Part shown: positions 10,163-19,436 of the stretch, in pieces | Position numbering within the stretch: the first letter of the stretch is position 1 | Layout of the letters: each line of letters opens with the position of its first letter | From: Candidatus Iainarchaeum sp. | Lineage (GTDB): Archaea > Iainarchaeota > Iainarchaeia > Iainarchaeales > DTGL01 | Direction: 5' to 3' | Length of the DNA stretch: 38,612 bases | Assembly: GCA_017608575.1 (NCBI GenBank) | Contig: JAFCFP010000007.1 | Location: 1-38,612, forward strand | The notes under the pieces: generated by a model | Told to the model about the DNA's origin: nothing | The model's database searches: none | What the model saw: the letters and a program-made list of their open reading frames with translations, nothing else | Made by a program: the position numbers and the translations under genes

Positions 10163-11146
10163 TTATTGCCTCACTGCTTTCAATACAAGCAAAACTATTA
10201 TTAACAACCAGCCACCAAAAGCCATTACTGCGTAAGCTTGTAGGGAGATGTACTCTCCAATGAATCCATTGATTCTTGCAATTTCTCCCAATACAAGGAA
10301 TGTTTCAATTATTCCGCTCATTAAAAGGGAAAAGAATGCAACAATTAACAGAATAAACGAGTCTTTTGCGATTGTTTCAAATTCAGTGCTCATGTATTTT
10401 CCTTTTGAAACTGCCACTGAAATCAAGCCACCGCTTATTGCGCCTAAAAAATAGCCAGTGAATTCTGGAATGCCATGTGGCAGCAATCCCAGGAATGCAA
10501 AGTGATTGGTGGCAATAATTGTTTCTCCAATTAGTACGCCAACAACTGATGAATTCCAGGTAATTAAATAAATTGCTCCTGCTCCAAAAAGGAATGAGAA
10601 TAACACTGCGTACAATAACACTGAAACATTGTTGAAAAAGATTAAATTGAACAATTCATTGAATTTGAAAATACCTGTTTTGGTTAGTGTTGCTTTGCCG
10701 GTTATTGATTCCCTTAACTGTCCAATTCCTTCAAGTGTATTGTTTTGTTCTGCAAAAACAATGTTCTTTGATGGCATTGAATAGCATGCTTTTTCAATGC
10801 AGAAATGGCTTTCTTCATTTGGTAACACAATGTACCATAAAGTGTAACTGGAAATAACCCCAATTGAAAAGAATGCATAGATTGCAAGCAAGCTAATGTT
10901 TCTTCCCAAAAAAGTAGTGCTTGGTTTTTTGCTTTTTGCTTCAAGTTCTTCCTCTTTTACGAACACTGAGTGAATCAATGGAACAGTGGCAATTGTTACA
11001 AATGCAATGGATAAAATTGAAGCATGGCTTGGAAAAGCAATGAATGAAACCCAAAGCGAAACACTGCTTGTAATGAATCCAAGCAAAAAGGAAAAAAGAG
11101 GGTGTTTCATTATGATTTCACTCTTAAAAAGCGATTCAAGTACCAT
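10163..11146 (-). CDS. SpoIIM-like (stage II sporulation protein M family) membrane protein
   Basis: IFFNN, ITWNSSVVG, LLPHGIPE and IIET motifs in a polytopic membrane protein. Confidence 0.8.
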   Translation of the reverse strand: MVLESLFKSEIIMKHPLFSFLLGFITSSVSLWVSFIAFPSHASILSIAFVTIATVPLIHSVFVKEEELEAKSKKPSTTFLGRNISLLAIYAFFSIGVISSYTLWYIVLPNEESHFCIEKACYSMPSKNIVFAEQNNTLEGIGQLRESITGKATLTKTGIFKFNELFNLIFFNNVSVLLYAVLFSFLFGAGAIYLITWNSSVVGVLIGETIIATNHFAFLGLLPHGIPEFTGYFLGAISGGLISVAVSKGKYMSTEFETIAKDSFILLIVAFFSLLMSGIIETFLVLGEIARINGFIGEYISLQAYAVMAFGGWLLIIVLLVLKAVRQ

Positions 11147-11284
11147 TTTTTTTTCCTCTTGGCGTTTTCCTTTTTACTGCATAGAATTAAATAGGTTTTC
11201 AATTAAAACTTAACTTATATATTAATGGTTTTAGTTGAAGGGTTTTAAAGATATTCTTTAACTGTTTTTTAAGAGGTTTTTTTA

Positions 11285-11845
11285 ATGAGGGAAAAGGTTG
11301 TTGTTCCGGGCGAAGAGCTTGGAATTAGTGAAGAGTATTCATCTGAAGAAAACACTTATGAAGATGAGGATGGCACAATTTATGCTGATTCAGTGGGAAT
11401 TGCAAGATTTGACGATGACAACAGGGAAGTGCGGGTGAAAAAGAACAGCACTGTGAGGAATTTTTTCCCGGGTTCAATTGTTTATGCAATTGTTACCGGC
11501 GTTAGAAAAAACCGCGTTCTTGTAAACATTTTGAGTGCTGAAAAAAACGGCGAAAAACTTGTAGTGAACAGGTCAATGGCAATGATTCCAATTGCAAACG
11601 TCAGCACAGAATTTGTAAGGGATTTAAGGAATGAATTCAGAATCGGTGACTTAATAAAGGCAGAGGTTGAATCAATTAAGCCGTTTGGAATAAGGCTTTT
11701 GACAAACAAGCCAGGGCTCGGCGTAATAAAAGCGTATTGCAGTAAGTGTAGGCATCCATTGCATTTAATTGGCAGGGAACTAAAATGCACCAATTGTGGT
11801 CACACTGAGAAAAGAAAGGTGAGCAGGGAATTCATCCTTAAATAA
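11285..11845 (+). CDS. csl4: Exosome RNA-binding subunit Csl4
   Basis: VVPGEELG..EEY, S1 domain (FRIGDLIKAEV), zinc ribbon CSKC...CTNC then EKRKVS. Directly upstream of rpoL. Confidence 0.93.
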   Translation: MREKVVVPGEELGISEEYSSEENTYEDEDGTIYADSVGIARFDDDNREVRVKKNSTVRNFFPGSIVYAIVTGVRKNRVLVNILSAEKNGEKLVVNRSMAMIPIANVSTEFVRDLRNEFRIGDLIKAEVESIKPFGIRLLTNKPGLGVIKAYCSKCRHPLHLIGRELKCTNCGHTEKRKVSREFILK

Positions 11846-11858
11846 AAGAGGTGTTTTT

Positions 11859-12134
11859 GTGGAATTAAAGGAATTGAAAAAAACAAAGGACACTCTTGAA
11901 TTCAAGCTGTTGGGGGAAAGGCACACTTTTCCACAGCTTTTGAAAAAAGAGCTCTTAAAGGATTCAAATGTTGAATTTGTTTCCTACAAGTTGAGGCATC
12001 CTTTTGACAAAGACTCAACATTCATTGTCAAAGTCAAAAAGGGCAATCCAAAAACTGCTTTAAGCGAGGCAGCCAAAAGAATTGGGAAGGAAGCTGACAG
12101 TTTTTCAAAAGAACTCCAAAAAGCACTTAAATGA
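11859..12134 (+). CDS. rpoL: DNA-directed RNA polymerase subunit L (Rpo11)
   Basis: GERHTF, VEFVSYKLRHP and NPKTAL motifs; GAGGTG RBS; csl4-rpoL order. Confidence 0.92.
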   Translation: MELKELKKTKDTLEFKLLGERHTFPQLLKKELLKDSNVEFVSYKLRHPFDKDSTFIVKVKKGNPKTALSEAAKRIGKEADSFSKELQKALK

Positions 12135-12718
12135 AGGTCTTTCCTTTGAGTCGCGGAATTAAAAAAAAAGCACGCGCAATTGGAATTGACGACGGCTCTT
12201 TTGTTCCAAAAAAACCTGGCAAAGCTCTTATTGTTGGAGTATTGCTTAGAGCAGATGGAAGAATTGAGGGAATTCTTTCCACTTCAGTTAAAGTTGACGG
12301 CCTTGATTCAACCCAAAAAATTACACGCATGCTTAAAAAATCACGCTTCTGCGAACAGGCTTCTTTTGTTTTTTTGGATGGAATCAATTTTGCCGGATTT
12401 AACTTTATTGACATTAAAAAATTGAATGCAGAAATTAAAGTGCCTGTTATTGCAGTAATGCGCAAAAAACCTTTATTGCAAAAAATAAAGCGCGCTTTGA
12501 GTCGTTTCAATGATAAAGAAAAGCGTTTTTCCCTTATTGAAAAAGCTGGTTCAGTGCATAAAGCTCCAGTACTCTACTTCCAATGCTCTGGATTGAACGC
12601 TGACAATGCCAGAAAAGCAATAAAGCTTTTCTCTCTTCATTCTAATCTGCCGGAGCCAGTGCGTTTGGCGCACTTGATTGCAAGCGGTGTTTCTCTTGGA
12701 GAAAGCACCACCCCCTGA
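12131..12718 (+). CDS. DUF99/UPF0215 endonuclease V-like protein
   Basis: IGIDDG, VDGLDST, LDGINFAGFN and LPEPVRLAHLIA. ATGA overlap with rpoL. Confidence 0.88.
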   Translation: MKVFPLSRGIKKKARAIGIDDGSFVPKKPGKALIVGVLLRADGRIEGILSTSVKVDGLDSTQKITRMLKKSRFCEQASFVFLDGINFAGFNFIDIKKLNAEIKVPVIAVMRKKPLLQKIKRALSRFNDKEKRFSLIEKAGSVHKAPVLYFQCSGLNADNARKAIKLFSLHSNLPEPVRLAHLIASGVSLGESTTP

Positions 12719-13598
12719 GGTGCTTGAATTGAAGTTAAAGGAAATAAGAAAGGCAAAACAAAGACAAAAGAATTCCCCTTTTAAAAAGGCAAACCGCTTC
12801 TTGCACAAAAAACTGTCTTTTTTAAAATGGCTGGATCCTTTCACTTATGCTGACATTTTATTGGAGCGCTCTGGAAAAAAAGACAAAAAAATTGTTTCAT
12901 GGAGTGTTTACCTTTTAACTGCTGCGCTGTCTGCATTTGTGCTTTACAATTTTTTTGCTTTATTGCTTGGAACACGCTTTCCTGGAGTAATTGTTTTAAG
13001 TGGTTCAATGGAGCCATTGTTTTACCGTGGAGACATAATAATAATGCAGGGTTTTAATGTTGAATCATTGCATGGCGCAAGGATTAAATTTGATGGCTCA
13101 ATTAAGGGATTGCCTCTTTCAAATTATGCAACCACTTATTGTTCGAGGAATGATGGCACAGAGATAAAAACATGCAGCAAATTCAAGGAGGATTACAGGA
13201 ATGGAAAAGTCCATTTGCCGGATTTTTCAACCACCAAAATTGTTTTCAGTAACGGCAAGGAAGTGAAAATAACAAAGAACGGAGACATTGTAGTATATTA
13301 TGGCTATGTTTTTAATTGGCTGACCGGCACGCACAGCTTTGAACCAATAATTCACAGAGTTGTTGCAATAATTGAAGCAAACGATGGAGTGTTTGTTCTT
13401 ACAAAAGGCGATTCAAAGTTCAATTCGTTCATTGATCAGGATGCTGGAATTTCACCGAGTGCTGTTCCTGTGTCAGAGCTTGAAGGAAGGCTTGTTGCAA
13501 TAATTCCCAAGCTTGGCTATGTGAAGCTTTTGGTGATGGATGACTTGCCTTGTGTTTTAATGAGTTTGATTGATGGAAGGTATTGTGTATTGCCATGA
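12678..13598 (+). CDS. Signal peptidase I (S26/Sec11 type) with large insertion
   Basis: TM helix then VLSGSMEP (catalytic Ser), RGD, IIHRVV (His), LTKGD and IPKLGYVK. Start codon uncertain. Confidence 0.85.
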   Translation: MQAVFLLEKAPPPEVLELKLKEIRKAKQRQKNSPFKKANRFLHKKLSFLKWLDPFTYADILLERSGKKDKKIVSWSVYLLTAALSAFVLYNFFALLLGTRFPGVIVLSGSMEPLFYRGDIIIMQGFNVESLHGARIKFDGSIKGLPLSNYATTYCSRNDGTEIKTCSKFKEDYRNGKVHLPDFSTTKIVFSNGKEVKITKNGDIVVYYGYVFNWLTGTHSFEPIIHRVVAIIEANDGVFVLTKGDSKFNSFIDQDAGISPSAVPVSELEGRLVAIIPKLGYVKLLVMDDLPCVLMSLIDGRYCVLP

Positions 13599-13607
13599 GT
13601 GGTTTTA

Positions 13608-13958
13608 ATGCAATCAAACGATGAAGAAAAGCAGTTTAAAAGGCTTCCGGCGAAAGAGACAACGCTGTCAGAGTTGACTGGAACCGAAAAACGGGTTTCA
13701 GTGATTGGCACAATTGTTTCAATTGACGATTCAGCGCTTAAAGCTGTTTTGAGTGATGGTTCAACAGAGGCAGTGCTTGAATTTTCCGACAATGAATTGT
13801 TTTCCAAGGCAGGACAGGAAAGCATTGTTCGTGTTATTGGGAGGCCGAACAGTGGTGAAAGGGTTTCCATTTCTGTTGAAGCAATACATGAATTAAAGGA
13901 CTTTGACAGGGAATTGTTTGAACAAGTGCGACAGATTGAGAAGAAAGTATTAAAATAG
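13608..13958 (+). CDS. Small OB-fold protein, replication protein A small subunit (RPA3)-like
   Basis: RLPA...RVSVIGTIV...LSDGS...VRVIGR...FDRELF pattern; immediately upstream of PCNA. Confidence 0.7.
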   Translation: MQSNDEEKQFKRLPAKETTLSELTGTEKRVSVIGTIVSIDDSALKAVLSDGSTEAVLEFSDNELFSKAGQESIVRVIGRPNSGERVSISVEAIHELKDFDRELFEQVRQIEKKVLK

Positions 13959-13989
13959 TATGATTCCATTTAATTGTGGGGATGAGCAA

Positions 13990-14736
13990 ATGAAGCTTGT
14001 ATTGGAAAAAGCGCGTGATTTTCAAAAAAGCGTTAATGCTATTGCTGTATTGATTGATGAAGCGGAATTTGTAATTGATGCCGAAAAGCTTGCCCTTAAG
14101 GCAACTGATCCAAGCCAGATTTCCATGGTTGACTTTGAAATGGATAAAAGTGCTTTTAAGGAATTTGATGTGAATGAAACTGTTACAATTGGATTGGATT
14201 TGGATTACTTGGCACAGGTAATGAACAGAGCCAAGCCAGATGATGAGTTAACGCTTGAAATAAATCCTGAAAAAACCGCTTTGAAAATCGGTTTTAAGGG
14301 AGCGTCAACTCGCCATTTTGTCATTCCATTGATTGATGTAAACAAGGGCCAGATTCCAAATCCAAAGATTGAATTCCAGGCAGTGCTGTCGGTTAATGCG
14401 GCAGTGTTACAGGATGCTTTAAAGGATGCAGAGCTGATTTCAAACCATGTGGTGCTCGGGGTTTCAAATGAAGCGTTTTATGTAAAGGCAAAAAGCAGCA
14501 AGGGAGCGCTTGAAAGCCAGACAAGCCAAAAGGAAAAGTCAGTTAAGGAATTCAAGGTATCACAGGAATGCAAAAGCATGTTTCCATTGGATTATTTGAA
14601 GGACATGCTTAAAGCGCCTGACAACAAGGATGAAATTGAATTAAAGCTTAGAAGCGATGCGCCAGTGCAGATTTCCTATAAAATAGGAAAAGCGCGCATT
14701 TCTTATTTTTTGGCTCCAAGGATTGAAACCGAGTGA
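13990..14736 (+). CDS. pcna: DNA polymerase sliding clamp PCNA (paralog 1, canonical)
   Basis: ATDPSQISMVD, IGLDL, F.IPLID and the C-terminal YFLAPRIE. ATG at 13990. Confidence 0.95.
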   Translation: MKLVLEKARDFQKSVNAIAVLIDEAEFVIDAEKLALKATDPSQISMVDFEMDKSAFKEFDVNETVTIGLDLDYLAQVMNRAKPDDELTLEINPEKTALKIGFKGASTRHFVIPLIDVNKGQIPNPKIEFQAVLSVNAAVLQDALKDAELISNHVVLGVSNEAFYVKAKSSKGALESQTSQKEKSVKEFKVSQECKSMFPLDYLKDMLKAPDNKDEIELKLRSDAPVQISYKIGKARISYFLAPRIETE

Positions 14737-14819
14737 ATGCCTTTTGCCATTGTTGTTTTTTTGGCTGCTTTTTGGAATAATAAAGGAATAAAAGAGTTCT
14801 TAAGTCTTAAAGTGGTTGA

Positions 14820-15695
14820 TTAAAGGAGCATTACGGAGCCAATTACAACAAGGCAGACTGCGAGTATTTTTAATGCAATTGTTTTCCGGCTTATTTCTTC
14901 TTTTATTAAGTGTGGCATGAATTTGGTGAAAATTAATGCCAGGCCAAGAATCATAAAGGGTTGCACTGCTTGCACTGCTGCCACCAGTGAAACCAAGCCA
15001 AGGGAAATTGCAGTAATGAATGAAATCCTTCCAGAAATAAAGAAAACACTGCTAGCGGTTGCAAGAGCCAGAGATTTTGGTTTTTCCACTACAATTTTTT
15101 TTATTTTTTTAAGGAAGGGCAGTGAAACAAAAGAAAAGCAAATCAAAAGGAACACTATTCTCCACTCAATTAATTCAATAATGCTCATTTCCCTGAGCAG
15201 GAATTTTTGCATTACAGTGTCAATTGAGAACAAGGCAGCAGACAAAATGATTACAAAAAACCAGCCGTTTAATTTCAATTCTTTTCTTTGGGACACTAAA
15301 AGCGCTCCCGAAACTATGAGAAAAATCCCAATAGTTTGAAGGAATGAAACCTTTTCGCCTAGGAAAACTACAGCAATTAAGAGGACAAAGAAGGGCATTA
15401 TGTTAATTGCTGTGAGGACTCTTGACATTTCCGCTGTATGCATTGCCTTAAAGTACAAAAGCACTGCTGTCATGTTTAAAAGCGTTGAAACAAACAACAA
15501 AAAAAGCCACTCTGCTTTTGGCACAGTGAAGCCAGCGAAAAAGGCAATCACTAAAAGCATTGCAAGTGAAGCCATTTGGTTCAATGTTGTTGCAATTAAT
15601 GGATTTTTTGTGTAATTGCTTACAAGTATTTTGTCAAACATGCTGGAAAAAGACCATAAGAGGATTGAAAGCAACGCCAAAAAAAACCAGAGCAT
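14820..15695 (-). CDS. EamA/DMT-family transporter
   Basis: About 10 TMs in two repeats; LYFKA...P.FV......FLGEK motif. Confidence 0.88.
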   Translation of the reverse strand: MLWFFLALLSILLWSFSSMFDKILVSNYTKNPLIATTLNQMASLAMLLVIAFFAGFTVPKAEWLFLLFVSTLLNMTAVLLYFKAMHTAEMSRVLTAINIMPFFVLLIAVVFLGEKVSFLQTIGIFLIVSGALLVSQRKELKLNGWFFVIILSAALFSIDTVMQKFLLREMSIIELIEWRIVFLLICFSFVSLPFLKKIKKIVVEKPKSLALATASSVFFISGRISFITAISLGLVSLVAAVQAVQPFMILGLALIFTKFMPHLIKEEISRKTIALKILAVCLVVIGSVMLL

Positions 15696-15698
15696 TTT

Positions 15699-16643
15699 TC
15701 ATTCACCAACTATTTCCTTAAACAATGGCCAGTCAATGTTTCCCCCGCTTAAAACAACAGCCACGTTTTTTCCGTGGAATTTTTCCGGTTGTTCCAATAA
15801 TGCAGCTACACCAATTGCTCCAGCACCCTCTACTTTCAGTGAATGTTCTTTCCACAAAAACCTTATTGCTTCTCTTATTGATTGTTCTTTTACAAGGAGA
15901 ATGCCATCAACAAATTTTTTTGCATAATGCAGGGTAATGCTGTCTTTTTCAATTGGGCCACGCAGTGAATCAGCAATTGTTTCCTTTTCTTTTGCTTTAA
16001 CTGCTTTTCCTGCTTTAATGGATTCATAGAATGATTTTGCTGCAGTGCTTTGCACTCCGAACACTTGAATGTTTTTGTTAATGTTTTTTGCAGTAAAACC
16101 AATTCCTGACGCGAGCGCTCCCCCGCTTGCACCGCACAAAAAAACATTTGTTTGTGGTTGTTCTTGAAGTATTTCCAATGCAATAGTGCCATTGCCTGCA
16201 ATTATTGCAGTGTCATTATAGGGTGAAAGAAATGAAAGCCCTTTTTTTTTGGCTAATTCTTTTGCTTTCTTTTCAGCTTCCTCGTATGCTGAACCGAATT
16301 CAATTATTTTTGCTCCTTTTCCCCGGAGTTTTTCAATTTTAATCCTTGGAATGCCTTTGGGCACTACAATGGTTGCCTTTATTCCTTGTGTTCGGCATTG
16401 CTCTGCAAGAGCAATTCCAAAGTTTCCCGCAGAACAGGAAACAATGCCTTTTTCTTTAAGTGATGAAAGCTTATGAATCACTCCGCGTATTTTAAAACTG
16501 TGGCCTTTTTGCAGATTTTCACATTTAAGGAATGCTTTTCCGTTTATTTTAATGCCTAGTTTTTTTGATTCAATTAATGGGGTTTTTTTAATGTGGCCAG
16601 CGCAGTTTTTTGCAGCTTTTTTTACTTCACTCAATGACAGCAT
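15699..16643 (-). CDS. Threonine/serine dehydratase-family PLP enzyme (no regulatory domain)
   Basis: KTPL, LKCENLQ..SFKIRG (PLP Lys), SAGN, TIAD, VEGAGA and LSGGN. Confidence 0.88.
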   Translation of the reverse strand: MLSLSEVKKAAKNCAGHIKKTPLIESKKLGIKINGKAFLKCENLQKGHSFKIRGVIHKLSSLKEKGIVSCSAGNFGIALAEQCRTQGIKATIVVPKGIPRIKIEKLRGKGAKIIEFGSAYEEAEKKAKELAKKKGLSFLSPYNDTAIIAGNGTIALEILQEQPQTNVFLCGASGGALASGIGFTAKNINKNIQVFGVQSTAAKSFYESIKAGKAVKAKEKETIADSLRGPIEKDSITLHYAKKFVDGILLVKEQSIREAIRFLWKEHSLKVEGAGAIGVAALLEQPEKFHGKNVAVVLSGGNIDWPLFKEIVGE

Positions 16644-16721
16644 TTTGTTCCCTTTCAAGAATACTGCTAGCGATTTCAATTAAAGGCTTTCTGTTGAAAT
16701 AAATGCTTTAAAGGCGGAATA

Positions 16722-17516
16722 ATGACTGAAAGAATTCTGGGAATTGATTTGGGGGCAAGCACCACTGATTTTGTTTTAATGGAAGGAAAAAGGGTTTATT
16801 TTAAAGAATCAATGCCTTCACTGGATTTGGATTCCCTTGAAAAAAAAATAAAAAGCGTTAAAAAAAACCTTGGAGGAATTTCGTTTATTGCGCTTACTGG
16901 CGGAAAGAGTGCTTTTTTTCCAAGCAGGTTTTCGGGCATTAAAGTGAAAAAAGTAAACGAAATCAATGCAATTGGTGCCGGCGGATTGTTTCTTTCAGGA
17001 AAAAAACGCGCTTTGGTTGCATCGCTTGGCACTGGCACGTGCATTGTTTCAATGAATGGTTCAATTGCAAGGCATTGTTGTGGCACTGGCGTAAGTGGGG
17101 GCACCCTTGTAGGTTTGTCAAAAAAACTCCTTGGCTTTTCTGATTTGAAAAGGTTCAATTCGCTTGCCAAAAAAGGTTCCCTTAAAAGAATTGATTTGAG
17201 TGTAATGGATATTGTTGGCAAAGGCATTGGAAATCTGCCAGGCAATGCGACTGCTTCAAATTTTGCAAAAGCTGGAAATTCAACAAAGGCTGATATTGCA
17301 ATTGGAATAGCCAATCTTGTAGCTGAAGCAAATGCTTCCATTGTTTCCCTTTCTGCACAAAAATGCAGACAACATGACATTGTGCTCACTGGAAAGCTTT
17401 TATCGGTGCCGGTTGTTAAAAAAAGGCTTTTGGCTGGCTTGAAATTGCTTGGCTGTAAGGCAGTTGTTCCAAGGCACTATGAAATTGCCACTGCAATTGG
17501 TGCATGCGTGCTGTAA
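16722..17516 (+). CDS. Type II pantothenate kinase (CoaW/Fumble-like)
   Basis: GIDLGAS, LTGG, NEI.A...G, SLGTGT, GTGVSGGT..GL, DLSV.DI and TASNF match type II PanK signatures. Confidence 0.82.
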   Translation: MTERILGIDLGASTTDFVLMEGKRVYFKESMPSLDLDSLEKKIKSVKKNLGGISFIALTGGKSAFFPSRFSGIKVKKVNEINAIGAGGLFLSGKKRALVASLGTGTCIVSMNGSIARHCCGTGVSGGTLVGLSKKLLGFSDLKRFNSLAKKGSLKRIDLSVMDIVGKGIGNLPGNATASNFAKAGNSTKADIAIGIANLVAEANASIVSLSAQKCRQHDIVLTGKLLSVPVVKKRLLAGLKLLGCKAVVPRHYEIATAIGACVL

Positions 17517-17615
17517 TTTAAAGTACAAGAGAGCCAAGCAGTGTAACCGCAAAAACAATTTTAAATCCTTTCTATTCTCTTATTTATTACGCTTAGCTGA
17601 TTTGCGGGGATTTCA

Positions 17616-18338
17616 TTGATTAAGCTGACCAATATTGAGCCTTGGCAGACTGCCATTAGGGCAATTTCTAATTTCATTTCAGAGGGAAACTTCCGCTTTA
17701 ATGACAAAGGAGTTTCATTTAAAGCAATTGATCCAAGCCAAATAGTTTTGGTGAATTACCATGTTGACAAATCGTTTTTTGACAAGTTTAACGTTGAACC
17801 AACACTTATTGGAATTGATTTGGATGAATTCAACAAAGTAATGCGCAGGGCTTCACCGCATGATGTTTTGGAAATGGACATTACTGATTCATACCTTGAT
17901 GTTAACCTTAAAGGGGAACTGAATAGGAATTTTCGACTTTCATTGATTGATGTCAGTGAAGAAGAAGCTGAAATTCCAGAACAGGAATTTGATGCAATGG
18001 TTGAAATAAATGCCCGTGTGTTACAGGAAGCATTAAAGGATGCTTCATTGTTTGGAAGCAGTGTTGTTTTCAGGATTGAGGGAAAAAAACTGTTAATTGA
18101 AGCGCGTGGTTCACAGGGCACGCTTAAAACAGAGGCAAAGGAAGCAGAACTGGTGAAAGTAAAGGCAAAAAAAGACATTACAAGCAAGTATTCGCTGAAT
18201 TTTTTGGAAAACATTGTAAAAGAAGCCCATCCTGATTCAAGGGTTTTACTGGAATTGAAAAACGAAGCCCCAATGCGCATTTCTTACAATATTGGTGATA
18301 CAAAGATTCAATTCCATTTGGCTCACATGATTTTATAA
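17616..18338 (+). CDS. pcna: DNA polymerase sliding clamp PCNA (paralog 2, divergent)
   Basis: AIDPSQIVLV, IGIDL, F.LSLID, LKDA, SKYSL and NEAPM. Ends FHLAHMIL instead of LAPR. Directly upstream of priL. Confidence 0.9.
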   Translation: MIKLTNIEPWQTAIRAISNFISEGNFRFNDKGVSFKAIDPSQIVLVNYHVDKSFFDKFNVEPTLIGIDLDEFNKVMRRASPHDVLEMDITDSYLDVNLKGELNRNFRLSLIDVSEEEAEIPEQEFDAMVEINARVLQEALKDASLFGSSVVFRIEGKKLLIEARGSQGTLKTEAKEAELVKVKAKKDITSKYSLNFLENIVKEAHPDSRVLLELKNEAPMRISYNIGDTKIQFHLAHMIL

Positions 18339-18407
18339 TTGCATTAACTGTTTTAGGGGAATGCTGCCCTGTTACTCTTTTTAATTTCTTTCATTGGAGA
18401 TTCTTTT

Positions 18408-19436
18408 ATGATTCCATTGGAGCAATTGCGATTTGCCCAAAAATATCCATTCACTAAAACCGCACAAAAAGCAATTAAAACACTGAATGTTCCCCTTAAC
18501 AGGATAAGCGAGGATGTAAGAGAGCGTGCTAGAATAAGGGTGGAAAGAGCTCTTTTAAGGAAAAATTATGCTCCGAGGTTTTTTGGAGAAGACCCTGAAT
18601 TGCTTGAGAACGAAATCCTTTCATTTCCGCTTGCAAAAATAATTGTTTCGCTTTTGGATGAATTATCTGCAATGCAGGCTTTTGCAAAAAGTGTTGCAAA
18701 TTCAACACTGGTGTTTCTGCGAAGCGCAGAAAATACTGTGGAAGAATGCATTTCACTGGCTTCAGAGCTGGGTTTAAAATTTGACTTGGATGAAGAAGGA
18801 AATTTTTTGGTTCCATTAACAGTGTTTCTTTCAATCCCATTTAACAATGATTCATTAAAGCTTGTCAACCGCGTTGTTGAAAATGGAATGGTTTTTCTTT
18901 CAACTGATTTGTTTGCATTGTTTCTTTCTGAAAAGGCTTACTCGATTGTTTTGAAATCGCTTCCAGTCAAAGACAGTGGGTTTCCTTCATGGATTAAGGA
19001 AGCTGTACGCGTTCTTTCGGATTCCTTTAAGAAAAAAAAGCGTTCTTTTTTCAAGGGAATGACTCATAGCGTTAAACCTGAGTTTTTTCCGCCATGCATT
19101 TCTGAATTGTTTGAAGGAATTTCCAGTGGAAAGAATTTGCCCCACATAGCGCGTTTTTACCTTACAACCTTTTTGAATGCAGTTGGCATGCCACAGGAAG
19201 AAATAGTGAAATTGTTTTCACATACCCCGAATTACAGCGAACGCATTACCCGTTACCAGGTTAAAAAAATTTGCACGCTTAAAGGCAAGGGTTATTCTCC
19301 GCCAACATGCACCAAGCTCAAAGCAAGTGGTTTGTGCAAGGAAAACTGCAATGTAAAGAGCCCAATTCAGTTTTATCGCAATAAATTTTTTGGCTCTAAA
19401 AGCAATGAAAAAAAGAGTGATTTTAATGAACAGTGA
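18408..19436 (+). CDS. priL: DNA primase large subunit
   Basis: KYPF, EILSFP and FPPCI...H.ARF...TRYQV...Y.PPTC..L...GLC...C Fe-S domain. Confidence 0.92.
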   Translation: MIPLEQLRFAQKYPFTKTAQKAIKTLNVPLNRISEDVRERARIRVERALLRKNYAPRFFGEDPELLENEILSFPLAKIIVSLLDELSAMQAFAKSVANSTLVFLRSAENTVEECISLASELGLKFDLDEEGNFLVPLTVFLSIPFNNDSLKLVNRVVENGMVFLSTDLFALFLSEKAYSIVLKSLPVKDSGFPSWIKEAVRVLSDSFKKKKRSFFKGMTHSVKPEFFPPCISELFEGISSGKNLPHIARFYLTTFLNAVGMPQEEIVKLFSHTPNYSERITRYQVKKICTLKGKGYSPPTCTKLKASGLCKENCNVKSPIQFYRNKFFGSKSNEKKSDFNEQ

